This document shows positions 1-12,012 of a DNA stretch of 64,000 bases, in pieces. Position 1 is the stretch's first letter; each line of letters starts with the position of its first letter. Source of the stretch: Chiloscyllium plagiosum (lineage: Eukaryota); contig NC_057750.1 in the NCBI RefSeq assembly GCF_004010195.1, positions 1,510,417 through 1,574,416 of the forward strand, written 5' to 3'. The notes below the pieces were generated by a model. It made no database searches, was not told the origin of the DNA, and was given only the letters and a program-made list of their open reading frames with translations. A program made the position numbers and the translations under genes.

Positions 1-599
1 TGCTCCATTACACCCCCTCCTCCTCCCCCTCTCTCATTGCTCCTTGTCACCCCTTCCCCTTGTCTCACAGGCTCCCTGCCATTCCAACTCGTCCCCGAGC
101 ATCAAACGTCTCAGCGAGAGGTCATGACCAAAACCTTCAAGCCTCGAAATTGGGGGTAACTGTTTGGGAAGCCATGGGGCATGTGTTGAGTGAACCCCAT
201 ACAGGAGTGAGTTTGTATCAAGCAGCTCAGTCCTAACGATGGAACCGCCTGCATTTCGAGGCAATGGGTTTGACAAGTCCCAGTGTGAGCACCATGCTGA
301 CCTATGCTGACCTATGCTGCCTGTCTCTGCCAGTGAGTGTTTGTCACAAGTGGTTTACAAATTAGCGATAATCTAATCAGATGTTTCCTCTTCCCGGTGT
401 CCCATATTCAACTGCCCTTTGACCCTTAAGCAGTCAACACAAACCCAACAGTAAATCCTCTGTCCACCTACGAAAGCACCCATTGGTACTATTGCAAACA
501 ACTTCCAGCAGTTAGCACCAGTCACATCCCTCACCATTGCCAGGAAGCTGAGACAGGTCAGACCCCCACTGATTGCGTTATTGATCTGTTTGATTTGCT

Positions 600-1025
600 G
601 TAAGATAGGAGCAGGAGTAGGCCATTCAGCCCATCTAGTCTGCTCCACCATTCAGTGGGATCATGGCTGATCTGACCACCCTCAACTCCAGTTTCCTGCC
701 TTTTCCCCATAACCCTCGATCCCTTCAGGATGATAAATCTGCCTACATCAGCCTTAACGACCCAAAACCAACAACCCTCTGCAGTAAACGATTCCACAGA
801 TTCGCAGTCCTCTCTGAGAGTGTGGGACACCTCACTCTGAGATGATGTCCTTTGGTCCTAGACTCTCCCACAAGGGGGAGCAACCTCTCCACACCCGGCC
901 CATCCAATCCACTGAGGATCTTATAAGTTTCAATAAAATCGCCTCTCATTCTTGTATATTCCAATCAGTGCAGAGCCAGATTACTGAAGCTCTACTCATT
1001 AGATAGTGCCTCCATATTGTGATCA
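600..1025 (-). mobile_element. CR1-type LINE 3' fragment
   Basis: ORF 743..964(-) RMRGDFIETYKILSGLD...GESRTKGHHLRVR matches the CR1 ORF2 C-terminus; followed by a typical 3' UTR. Confidence 0.85.
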
Positions 1026-2024
1026 GCCAAGCCAGCACAGGAATGGGGGTCTGTGTCCTATACAGGGGCTTAGCAGGGCTAATGACCTGCTTCTAAGGTC
1101 ATAATGACCCTGTCCACCAATAAGGCTTGAAGCACCAGCTCAGGAGATTCAGCAACATTCCAAACCTCTCACATTGAGAAAATGATCTCAATGTGAGGGA
1201 CTAGACGTACATTGGAATCAGGGAGCGTCCAATGGAACTTTGGCATTGCTTTTGTTCCTGGCGTGGGACTTGAAGCTAAAGACGAGAGTATGTCCAACAG
1301 AGCCACGGCTAATAAACTAGCTCCATCCACACTGAGTGACGGAGCGTGCTCAGTGTGGTTCTGTTCCATGTTGTGTTATTCACTTACCTCAGTAAAAGGT
1401 GAGGGCATCAGTGCCAACTGTAAGAGAAACCACATCGAGAACTAAAATTGGACAAATTTCTGTCCCGTGATGATTTAACCATTTCTGTTACTAACTATGT
1501 AGAGAGAGCTCTCTGCCAATCTCTCATCTCTTTGATATAGAATGGCAATCAACTCTGAATTTATAGAGTAAAGAGATCATTCTACATATAAAGCGATCAC
1601 ATTTCATTGATTTACAGCTTGTTTGAAGGGCAACTATTGAGTTTTTGTAAACCTTCCAAGAAATGCTTGATGACAGAGTGTTTGTCCATTGTCCCAACTC
1701 GCTCTTGGGATCTGGAAAACACATACTAAGTTTCAGCTTTTATTTCAGTTCCTGATAGGAAACTCTCATATACACCAACATGTCACCTTGAGCAGGGTAT
1801 GTCTTCTGCTTTCTTGGGTTCAGCAACTCTTCCCTGGTGAACACTCACTGCTATCACCTTTGATTTCACTTGTGCCTGCTTCTGGATTCACTGCTATCTC
1901 TAGGATCTCCTCCAACCCTCCGAGATCTCTATACCCCTCCAATTCCAGCCTCTTAAGCAATCCCTTACCACACCACTCTAGAATTCTCTCTTCCTTCCTT
2001 TCTTTATGCTTCTTCCTCAAAATG

Positions 2025-2406
2025 AACAAGAACAAAGAACAATACAGCATAGGAATGCAGGCCCTTCGGCCCTCCCAGCCTGTATCACCATATTTTGCCC
2101 TTCCATACTAAAACTGTCTTCCCTTACAGGATCCATATCCCTCTATTCCCTTCCTATTCCTGTATTCATCCAGATGCTTCTTGAATGCTGTTACTGTGTC
2201 TGCTTCCACCACCTCCTCTGGCAGCACGTTCCAGGTGCTCACCACCCTTTGTGTGAAATACTTACCTCACACACCTCCCTTAAACTTCCCCTCTCACACC
2301 TTGAACCTGCGACCCCTAGTAACTGACCTCTCCACCCTGGGGAAAAAGCCTCATACTTTCCACTCTACCCATGCCGTTCACAATCTTATAAACTTCTACC
2401 AGGTCA
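2025..2406 (-). mobile_element. CR1-type LINE 3' fragment
   Basis: Reverse strand gives the CR1 C-terminal region (KYFTQRVVSTWN) and a GGCCGAAGGGCCTG...TGCTGTA tail ending in TTCTTTG-like repeats. Confidence 0.8.
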
Positions 2407-2432
2407 TGTCAAGTGTTCCTTATAACTTAACC

Positions 2433-2565
2433 AAGCAAAAGTGAGGACCGCAGATGCCGGAAACCAGAGTCTAGATTGGAGTGGTGCTGGAAAAGCACGG
2501 CAGGTCAGGCAGAAACCGAGGAGCAGGAACATCGACATTTTGGGCAAAAGTCCTTCATCAGGAAT
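2433..2565 (-). mobile_element. Short Penelope-derived insert with decayed hammerhead core
   Basis: Same family as 34123, 35601 and 51718. Reverse strand CCTGATGAAGGACTTTTGCCCAAAATGTCGA. Degenerate flanking duplication TATAACTTAACC / TGTAACTTACC. Confidence 0.7.
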
Positions 2566-3014
2566 GTAACTTACCTGCCTATCCCAATATCTTTTTAAAG
2601 CGGCTCAGTGTCAAATCTTTTCATGGTACGGTTCCCGCGGAAGAGTCATGAAGGATGTTACTCTACTGGTGCTACAGAAATGCAGGTTGTGGCCCAATTC
2701 CTAGGCAGTTCAGGGACAGCCCCTTCCCCAGTCTCAGAAGGTCAGAAACAAATATCAGTGAGGCAGTGGTAGCTCACACAGAAAACTCTCACCCAGTAAC
2801 TGGGCGTGAAGGGTTGTGAGGAGACACTGGGAATTGTCAATAGTTACAGGTTTGGCCATCCAACCTGGAAAACTGATAAACACCACAAACATCACCTCCA
2901 CCAGAAATATCCACTCCCTCCGCCACAATCTCACCCTCAGTCCTAACTGCTAAAGCCAGTAACTTGCCCAAATTTCCTTCCAAATCCACAATCACTGCCT
3001 TTGAGAGGGACAAG

Positions 3015-3278
3015 CACAAGGTGAGGAAACATTCTTCCCTCTCAGACAGTACTGCGTCTTTGGAATTCCCGTCCTCAAAAAGCAGCGGGTAGAGAACTTT
3101 TCAACATTTTAAGGCAGATGTAGAGAGATTCTTGATGACCGAGGGGGTGAGAGATTCTTAGGATAACATCGGAATGTAGGGTTGAGGTTAAAATCAGATC
3201 AGGCACAATCTTATTGAGTGGGGGAACAGGCTCGAAGGGCTGAGTGGCCTCCTCTTACTCATTGTTCATATGTTCATG
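3015..3278 (+). mobile_element. CR1-type LINE 3' end, degenerate
   Basis: Similar to the CR1 3' ends at 3975-4335 and 21350-21765. Confidence 0.65.
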
Positions 3279-3280
3279 TG

Positions 3281-3513
3281 ACAGTAGATACATGGGTGAT
3301 ACATACGGCAGATACATGGGAGAGACGTACAGCAGATACATGGGAGAGACGTACAGCAGAAACATGGGAGAGACGTACAGCAGAAACATGGGAGAGACGT
3401 ACAGCAGATACATGGGAGAGACGTACAGCAGATACATGGGAGAGACGTACAGCAGAAACATGGGAGAGACGTACAGCAGAAACATGGGAGAGACGTACAG
3501 CAGATAAATGGGA
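3281..3513 (+). repeat. 24-bp minisatellite (ACAGCAGAWACATGGGAGAGACGT), 9 units plus a partial unit
   Basis: Directly visible tandem units; explains the repetitive ORFs at 3218-3553. Confidence 0.95.
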
Positions 3514-3610
3514 ACACCATTCCCCGCAAGTTCCCCTCTAAGCCCTTCACCATCCTGACTTGGAGATATATCGCTAATCTTTCAGTGTCGCTGGGTCAGA
3601 ATCCTGGAAA
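3497..3610 (+). mobile_element. Fragment of second LINE family (CR1/L2 group) near its 3' end
   Basis: CAGCAGATAAATGGGAACACC...CCATCCTGACTTGGAGATATATCGC...GGGTCAGAATCCTGG matches the reverse strand of 18100-18170 and 44710-44820. Confidence 0.8.
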
Positions 3611-3702
3611 TGCCATTACTCAGGGACTGGCTGAGAATACGTCTGTACAATTGACAGGACAAGGTGGATTTATATAATTATATATTTATATACTTATATA
3701 AT

Positions 3703-3970
3703 TCCAACCACTTTGTCCAGGCCTCTCGGTATTCTGTAAATATCAATCTGATCCCACTGCCCCATCCTTCTGAACATCAAGTACAGACCCAGGGTTCTCA
3801 ACCACTCCTGAGATGAGAACCCTTCATCACTGGGATCATTCTTGTGAACCCCCCCGGACCCCTCTCCAACGCCAGCACATGCTCCCTTAAATACGGGCCC
3901 AACATATTCTCACAATATTCCAAATGGAGTCTGACCAGAGCCTGATACAGCCTCAGCAGCACATCCTGCA
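3703..3970 (-). mobile_element. CR1-type LINE ORF2 fragment
   Basis: ORF 3798..4220(-) contains LYQALVRLHLEYC...LALER...FTRMIP. Confidence 0.8.
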
Positions 3971-3974
3971 CACC

Positions 3975-4335
3975 TTTGGACTGAGAGGCCTGAGTAGAGT
4001 GAACATGGAGAATATGTTTCCAATAGTGGGAGAGATCCGGACCCTGAGGGCACAGCTTCAGAGTGAAGGGACAACTCTTTAGAACTGAGATGAGGAGGAA
4101 TTTCTTCAGCCAGAGGGTGGGGACTCTGTGGAGCACATTGCTGCAGAGGGCTGTGGAGACCAAGTCATTGAGGGTCTTTAAGACAGAGATAGACAGGTTC
4201 CTGATTAATAAAGGGATCAAGGGTTATGGGGAGAAGCAGGAGGGATGGAGTTGATGAACATATCAGCCACGAACAAATGGTGGAACAGAATCATTTGGTC
4301 AAATGGCTGAATTCTGCTCCCATATCTTATGGTCT
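3975..4335 (+). mobile_element. CR1-type LINE 3' end
   Basis: ORF 4063..4254 FRTEMRRNFFSQRV...FKTEIDRFLINKGIKGY is the CR1 ORF2 terminus. Confidence 0.85.
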
Positions 4336-4474
4336 TCTGGAGAAACTCAGCAGGTCTGGCAGCATCTGTGGAGTGAGAAAGCAGAATTAATGTTTCACGT
4401 CCAGTGACCCTTCTGTTCACTCTGAAATAAAGGGTGACTCGGTGACGGGACACTGGCTCCTTTGGATTTATTTC
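4336..4474. mobile_element. Penelope-derived short repeat followed by the 3' end of an LTR-like repeat
   Basis: CTCAGCAGGTCTGGCAGCATCTGTGGAG family (also at 10979, 20160, 54160, 55325), then AATAAAGGGTGACTCGGTGA...ATTTCA like the end of 20115-20455. Confidence 0.6.
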
Positions 4475-4752
4475 AGGAACCATTCTGGCAGATCTGTCCT
4501 GCATTCCCTCAAAGGTCCGAACATCCATTCTGATGATGGTGATCAGAACTGGACCCAGGTGATTTCTAACCAGAGATTCAGCATAACTCTCACTGCCTTT
4601 GTGCTCAAAAACCTTCATTCATTACTGCATTTGACTAGCCATATCTCAATACCCCCTACCTCCAGACCGATTCCTATGTACCCACCTCTCCTAGCTCTCT
4701 CAGCCCCTACATACTTTCTCAACAAACCGTGTCATCAAATCCTACATTGCCT

Positions 4753-5040
4753 TGCTGCCTCACAACGCCAGAGACCCGGGTTCATTTCCCGCCTCGGGCG
4801 ACTGACTGTGTGGAGTTTGCACATTCTCCCCGTGTCTGCGTGGGTTTCCTCCGGGTGCTCCGGTTCCCTCCCACAGTCCAAAGATGTGCAGGTCAGGTGG
4901 ATTGGCCATGCTAAATTGCCCATAGTGTTAGGTGAATGTAGGGGAATGGGTCGGGGTGGGTTGCTCTTCAGAGGGTCAGTGTGGACTTGTTGGGCTGAAG
5001 GGTCCGTTGCTACACTGTAAGTAATCTAATCTAATCTAAT
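4753..5040 (+). mobile_element. HE1-type tRNA-derived V-SINE (5' truncated)
   Basis: V-domain GTGTGGAGTTTGCACATTCTCCCCGTGTCTGCGTGGGTTTCCTCCGGGTGCTCC, CR1-like tail, (TAATC)n end. Confidence 0.9.
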
Positions 5041-5394
5041 CCCTTTTATAAACACCCTTCTGCATTAAATTCGATCTTTTGCCTCTGAGTCCAATCTTTG
5101 AGTCTATCTCTAGCCTTTGGGACTCAGTATTTCCCAATCCTCTATATCGAGCATCACCGTTATACTCTGTACTCCAAAATCAACTTTGTTATTGACAAAC
5201 TTCAAACTGATCCCAGCACTGACACCCTGGGATCACACTATCCACTACACCACAGTCTCTGCAGGAAAATAACACAGCTCACTGTTTTCTGGACTTATCG
5301 TTTGTTTTTATTCAGTCAGATTCTGACTCTCTTAATTCATGAGTTTCTGTTTTAGTGAAGCAGCCTTTTAGGCAGCACTTAGTCAAACAATCCC

Positions 5395-5605
5395 TTCAGA
5401 GACAGGGAGATGGGAAGGGGGGAGATGGGAAGGGGGGAGAGTGGGGACAACCATGAGGGAGGAGGATTGAGGGATGGAAATTAAACATGAAGGACAAAAG
5501 GGATAGAGGGGAGAAAGATGGAAGGGGACAGGGGATAGGTGACATTGGGAAAGTAAGTCAATGAGAATGAACAAAATGTAAAGATAGAGCTGGAGAGAGA
5601 GAAAA
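5395..5605 (+). repeat. Purine-rich (GA) low-complexity tract
   Basis: Composition. Confidence 0.75.
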
Positions 5606-6210
5606 TCTTCAATCCAGCCACAATGACAGCTATTTGAGGCAATTAATCAGTGCATCCACTGAGCAAAATGCCAGAACTCTTTAATTGCTTTGTTACTATT
5701 TTCAATAGCTTTTTAAACTGTAAGGAATCACCCAGGAAATCACACTGCTAAAGCGAACTCAGTATCGAAAAGCCCAGTCAGTTCAAGGTCACTCACTGTG
5801 GTATGATGAGGCACATTAGTGAACAGAGAGTGAACAAAGACATGAACTCGAAATGTCGAAGCTGTTGTCAATGGACTCTGTATGCCATTGACTTTCACTG
5901 ATTGCCAGCACGATCAGGGCAGTTTAAGAATCAATGTAGTACAATCTCATACAATTTCTCAAAGATACAACCTTCCACTCAGCCAAACCTAAACAGCTGC
6001 AATGGAAAGCAAGACTTCCAAAAGAACAACAAATCAAAGCAGATATTATTACCATGAGGGTAATGTCTTCAGGTTAAATGGGTCATGTCCAGGCCTTGAA
6101 AATAATCTATAAATGTCTTCAAAGCAGAAAGGATTGTTATCAAAATGCAATCAACTTTCAACACTCCTGGAAAGTGCAAAGTGTCTGTTCAATGTTGCTC
6201 CTGGCTCCCC

Positions 6211-6600
6211 TCATAGAATCCCTACAGCATGGAAACAAGACATTCAGCCAATAGGGTTCAGACTACGCCTCCAAACTGCATCCCACCCAGACCCATGCCC
6301 ACTCACCCTGTATTTCACCAGTTTCCTCATTTCTCCTTCCCCCACCTCACCCCAGTTCCAACCTTCCAGCTCAGCACTCGAAACATCGATTTTGCTGCTC
6401 CTCGGATGCTACCTGACCTGCTGTGCTTTTCCAGCACCACTATAATCTAGACTCTGGTTTCCAGCATTTGCAGTCCTTGTTTTTACCTGTATTTCCCATG
6501 GCCAATCAACTCTAACCTACACATCTTTGGATTGTGGGAGGAAACTCATGCAGACACAGGGAGAATGTGCAAACTCCACCCAGACAGTCGCCCAAGGCTG
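6211..6600 (-). mobile_element. HE1-type SINE interrupted by a Penelope-derived insert
   Basis: Reverse V-domain at 6525-6600 and tail at 6211-6316. Confidence 0.8.
6317..6485 (+). mobile_element. Penelope-derived insert with 10-bp TSD
   Basis: CGAAACATCGATTTTGCTGCTCCTCGGATGCTACCTGACCTGCTGTG body; CCTGTATTTC at 6307-6316 and 6486-6495. Confidence 0.75.
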
Positions 6601-7414
6601 CCCCAGACGCAGGTTAAGAGGAGCAAGCAAATTCATGATGGAGTTGAGGTCAATATTTAATCAGAGAATGTGCTGCTGGGACCAGAATCAAAATGGCCTA
6701 CACTGCTTCTAGCTTTCATGTTTCAATGACCTCTACTTGGCACAAACCCAGGCCATTCTGCCCATCATGTTCAAACCCTGCGGTTCCCTTTCAATCCATA
6801 TCATAAACTCCAAGTGATCAATCTCTGAGCAGGCCCTCAACCACTGTCTCAGCCGCATCCGTTAGGCCCTATACCTATCGATGGGACCAGTCATTTGGTC
6901 CCTTCCATTTCAGCTGAGTTTAATTACAGAGAAATCAATCTGCAGCCTTTTTATCTGTTCCCCCCGTCTTTCCTCAGAGACAGAAAGCTGCCATGTGAGG
7001 AACAGGTAGTGTGTGGGAATGTTCACAAAAGCATAAAGGAATTATATCAGCAAAACTCAAATGTCAGGCAGCTGTGGGAGTCTGCAGGCAACCTTTCCTT
7101 TGTTGTTTCCCAAGTTGTGGGTTAATTAATTAAATAAAGTCTCAAAGTATTTGTCTCCAATTAGCTGGGGCCTGGGAAGGTGTTTGTTCTGTGAAGGGGT
7201 CAGTTCAACTAATTATAGAATGTTAACGTCCCTGAACCATGAAATTATGGTGAGAATTTGAATGGTCCAGACACTTTAGCAAGTTTGTTCTGAAGATTTC
7301 TCTGTGCTTTACTTTCACAGAGAGAATTGACTCCAGATTCAGACACCTCATGGCCTGAGGAATCCAAGCTAATTCACTAACTTCATCATTTGCACTTTCC
7401 CTTCACACTGATTT

Positions 7415-8657
7415 TTGAGTTGGGCAAGTTGTTGGAGGGAATCCTGAGGGACAGGATGTACATGTATTTGGAAAGGCAATGACTGATTAGGATTGGTCAA
7501 CATGGCTTTGTGCGTGGGAAATCATGACTCACAAACATGATTAAGTTCTTTGAAGGCATAACACAGAGGATTGATGAGGGCAGAGCTGTGGACGTGATCT
7601 ATATGGACTTCAGTAAGGCGTTTGACAAGGTTCCCCATGGGAGACTGGTCAGCAAGGTTAGATCTCATAGAATACAGGGAGAACTAGCCACTTGGATAGA
7701 GAACTGGCTCAAAGGGTGGTGATGGAGGGTTGTTTCTCAGACTGGAGGCCTGTGACCAGTGAAGTGCCACAAGGATCAGTGCTGGGTCCACTACTTTTTG
7801 TCATTTATATAAATGATTTGGATATGAACATAGGTGGTATAGTTAGTAAGTTTGCAGATGACATCAAAATTGGAGGTGTAGTGGACAGTGAAGAAAGGAG
7901 TTGGGAGGTCATGTTGTGGCTGTACAGGACATTGGTTAGGCCAGTGTTGGAATATTGCGTTCAATTGTGGTCTGCTATAGGAAGGATGTTGTGAAACTTG
8001 AAAGGGTTCAGAAAAGATTAACAAGGACGTTGCCAGGATTGGAGAGTTTGAGCTACAGGGAGAGGCTGAATAGGCTGGGGCAATTTTTTCTGAAGTGTCA
8101 GAGGCTGAGGTGTGACCTTATGGAGGTTTATAAGGTCATGAGGGGCATTGATAGGGTAAATAGACAAGGTCTTTTACTTGGAGTCGGGGAGTCCAGAGCT
8201 GAGGACATAGGTTTAGGGTGAGAGGGGAAAGATTTAAAAGGGACCTAAGGGCCAACATTTTCACACAGATGGTGGTCCGTGTATGGAATGAGTTGCCAGA
8301 GGAAGTGGTGGAGGCTGGTACAATTACAGCATTTATAAGGCATCTGGATGGGTATATGAATAGGAAGGGCTTAGAGAGGTATGGGCCAAATGCTGGCAAA
8401 TGGGATTAAATTAGGTCAGGATATTGGTCAGCATGGACAAGTTGGATCAAAGGGTCTGTTTGGATGGTACAATTGCAACATTTAAGAGGCATTTGGATGG
8501 GTATATGAATAGGAAGGGTTTGGAGGGATATGGGCCGGGTGCTGGCAGGTGGGACTAGTTTGGGTTGGGATATCTGGTCGGCATGGAAGGGTCTGTTTCC
8601 ATGCTGTACATCTCCATCACTCTATCACTCTATCCATGGTACATCTCCATGACTCTA
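7415..8657 (+). mobile_element. CR1/HER1-like LINE, RT region to 3' tail, internally deleted, with a second CR1 tail nested at 8472-8635
   Basis: [41 protein letters not shown] motifs; frameshifts and stops. Confidence 0.95.
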
Positions 8658-9489
8658 TAAGGAAGGGAATTTTACATAAAGATATTGCTGGGGCAGGAGT
8701 GAGGGATCGGTGGGTATGAGTGAGGCTGATAGGTCAACTCTCTGCGGAATCGTAGTTAACGAAAGGATCCAAGCATGTAATAGCATGGCCGAGTGAGTGA
8801 GGAGGGGTTTCTCACTGCTCCACACAGACGGACTTGAACTGCTGCATCCTGTATCTGTCAACAGCACAAAAGGGAGGCACTCATTCCCTGGGGCAGTGCT
8901 GAGAACGCCAATTGTTAATGTGTTACAAGAAAAAGCTGGAGGTGTTCATGAATAAGTTATCAAATAGCACAAATGATACAGACTCAGATCAGCAAACAAA
9001 GGGAACACAGCTTCAAACGGGAATAAAATCACAGCAAAGACTGAAACTTTGACGCAAAGCAGGTTTGGCAGTTAGAATGGGCCCCACACTGCCAGAGATA
9101 GGGCATCATAAACTCAATAGCTCACCCCCCACCACCTCGCAAGAAATGGGAGGACAGCCTGGATCAGTGCAAGTTCTGACATGAGAGTAAAAGCCATTTG
9201 AGAGGGTTGAAAATTTGTCAACATTGTCATCTTCATGGACTGTGACATGTTCCACTGTCACTGCACAGTGTCCCTGCCCCTGGCTGTAGCTTGACGTTAC
9301 TAGCCGGTTGGAAATAAGACTGGGACATTTCTGATCTGACTGAACCCCTTGATTGTTTACTCACCGTCTGCCCAAGGCTTATAAGTTATCTGGCTGCAAA
9401 TTAAACATCACTGAGGAGATGCTGCTCCTACAAGCTCTTGCAAGCAATGTCCAACTCCAATGGCCAGAGAGAGAGAGTGTTAAAGGTCA

Positions 9490-9620
9490 ATGCAAGAGCT
9501 GGTTCTGAAGGTGTTGTGGAAGGAGCCTTGGTAAGTTCCTGCAGGGTAGACTGCTGCCATTGTGCATTGGTGGTGCCGGGAATGAAAAACTAAGGTGATG
9601 GGCTGGATGCCAACCAAACT
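9490..9620 (-). mobile_element. Degenerate fragment of second LINE family
   Basis: Resembles 18190-18340 (GAAGGTG...AAGGAGCCTTGGT...CTGCAG...ACTGCTGCCA). Confidence 0.5.
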
Positions 9621-9819
9621 TTATACTTGTGTTGGTGCTCTTATTATCAGAGGTCAGGGAGTGTTCAGTCTCTCTCTACTCACACTACTCCACTGGTCAC
9701 AATATATATTTAAATGTTTTACCTGAAATAATAGCAGAAAACATAAGATGTGAGCAGGTTCAGCCTGGTCCAATCCTGGCCTGTTCCAGTACACAGTGTT
9801 CTTGCAGCAACGTTGCAAT

Positions 9820-10395
9820 GATTGATTGATTCTTGTCACATGTACCAAGATATTGGGAAAAATGTTGTTTTGCTTGCTCTCAGGCAGATCATACCCACTA
9901 TGAGCATCAGGGTAACATAACAGAGAGAGGAATACGGTGTTACAGCTGCAGAGAAAGTGCGGAGAGTAAGATCAATAATAGCATTTGAGAGGTCTGTTCT
10001 AAAGTCTGATAGCAGTGGGAAAGGAGCTCTTCTTGAATCTATTTATATGTCTATTCAAACTTTTGTATCTTCTGCCTGATGAAAGGAGGTGGAAGATGGT
10101 ATAACTGGGGTGGGAGGAGTCTTTGATGTTGGTTAGTTTCCTGAGGCAATGCGAAGTGTAGGTGGAACCAATAGGTGGAGGTTGGTGTGTGTGCGATGGA
10201 ATGGGCTGTGTCCACAACTCTCTGTAGTTTCTTCCCGTCCTGACAGATCAGTTGCCAAACCACACCGTGATGCACCCGGATAGGATGCTTTCTATAATGC
10301 ATCTGTCAAAATGGCTAAGATTCCTTGTGGACATGCTGAATTTCCTTAGCCTCCTGAGGAAGTAGAGACATTGTTGTGCTTTCTTGACTGTCCTG
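9820..10395 (-). mobile_element. Rex1/Babar-type LINE 3' end
   Basis: Reverse strand encodes KAQQCLYFLRRLRKF...DRCIIESILSGCITVWFGN and LLSSGRRYKSL...RFKKSSFPTAIRL; ATCA-type repeat tail. Confidence 0.8.
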
Positions 10396-10779
10396 TCAGC
10401 AATAGTTACCAGTACACCCAAAGTGGAGCACAGTAGTTGCAGAAATGTGCAGGGAATGGATCAGAGACGTGCAGTGATAGTGCAGAGAGATTGGAGCACT
10501 GCCCATGAGAATGCCCTGAGATATTGGTGCCAGGTAGAGGAACAAGTGACAAGCTGTAAGTGGCTGGAACTCACTCAGACTTCCATGTTGGGAATTCCCA
10601 CGGTTTCATTTCTGACCAGAGCAGAAGCCTAAATATTGTTGAGTCAAGATTAAATAATGATGAGAGTGAGGCTCACTTGCAACAATCTTATCAAGATGGC
10701 CAGAACTTAGTTGGAAAATGTGATCTTAAATCCTGGCATCAAGACAAACGGCGCTCAATCTCTCACATGATTCTTTGGA

Positions 10780-11600
10780 AAGATTTTGTTTAAGTCCCAG
10801 AAGATCCAGCCGGGATCAAAAATAGGGACAGTTTCTCCTGGAGAAAGGAATGAGCTCAGAACAGACAGGAAATAGGTTATCTCAGTGTAATGGCTTCAGT
10901 TTGAAAATTCCAGACCAGAAGTGTTTGGTTAGAAACCTGGAAAGGGTCATTTGAAGCTAAGAAAATTTAAGCTCAGAGACAAAAATCAGAATTGCTGGAA
11001 AAGTTCAGCAGGTCTGGCAGCATCTCAGGAGAGAAATAAGAGTTAACAACATTTCGAGTCAAGTAACCCTTCTTTAGACCCTTCGCTCAACCTGAAATGT
11101 TAACTCTAATTTCTCTCTGTAGATGTTGCCAGACCTGCTGAGTTTTTCCAGCAATTTCTATTCTTTCTCTGATTTATAGTAGTGCAGTTCAGTCAGTTAA
11201 AATTTGAGCTCAATTGTACAACTAATCACTGAATGGGATATCAAATTCTCAAGAGTAGAAACAGTTAAAAGAAACAGTTAAGTCAACTCTATATCAATAA
11301 TAGAGAAGGAAATTATCTCTCTGTCATTTGAGTACTGTGAAGGGGTAGTACAGGAACGTAGCAGCTTTTGTTCTCTGGTATATTTTGAAATCTTTCACAT
11401 TGTGTTCCTGTAAATGTCTTGCTTTGTTCTAATTTATCTTTATTTCTTTTGTTTAATGAGCATCTGTTTTAATGTTAAAACCAAATCTGTAGCATTATGT
11501 CTGAGAGATCGCCACGTTAAATTTAAAGTGAACAAAATGTGATCTACCGAGCCAGATTTCAGTTTGAATCTGATTTATCCAGTAATAAGCTGGGATCATC
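10780..11600 (+). mobile_element. Old LTR-like repeat (same family as 31214-32239); 5' boundary uncertain
   Basis: Shares blocks GTTATCTCAGTG, TTTGGTTAGA, TGTTAAAAC, GAGAGA..GCCAC.TTAA and GATCTA...AGCCAGATTTCA with 31.8-32.2 kb. Confidence 0.5.
10979..11175. mobile_element. Fold-back (inverted) Penelope-derived insert
   Basis: TTGCTGGAAAAGTTCAGCAGGTCTGGCAGCATC...GAGTTAAC followed by its reverse complement GTTAACTC...GATGTTGCCAGACCTGCTGAGTTTTTCCAGCAA. Confidence 0.75.
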
Positions 11601-12012
11601 GAGCGATGACTGACTTGGAGGAGGAGTAATGTTCTCATGAGCCGGCTGTCTTTCCAGATGTCACTGGTTGTGTGTTTAGAAGATTATGCCTTATAGATAG
11701 TGCACACGACATATCAATGCTATTCAGCTCAACCTCTCTGTGTGGGAGCAACGTCCACATTCTCCCCACTCTCTGAATGAAGAGGTTACTCCTGAATTCC
11801 TGGTTAGATTCATTTGTGACTGTCTTGTATTCATTGAACTTCCTGCAAACAACTTCTTGAAATCTGTTCAGTTAAACTCTTGCAGCATTTTCCAGGCCCT
11901 CTGTCTATTTACCACAATTGTGTTAAATGGGGGTCAGAACTTTACAAGGTACTAACAACGTTTCACTTTCTCGCCCAATATTTAGAGTTGTAGCTCAATG
12001 CTTGGTTTGTTA

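Noticed and set aside
3281..3513. CRISPR-like array or repeat protein (TADTWERR)n
   Set aside because: Units are contiguous with no unique spacers, the context is vertebrate, and the ORFs arise because a 24-bp period keeps frames open.
4442..5020. ORFs with VWSLHILPVSAWVSSG / CVEFAHSPRVCVGF peptides (also at 38.6-39.5, 41.4, 51.0 and 56.6 kb)
   Set aside because: Recurrent translations of the HE1 SINE V-domain.
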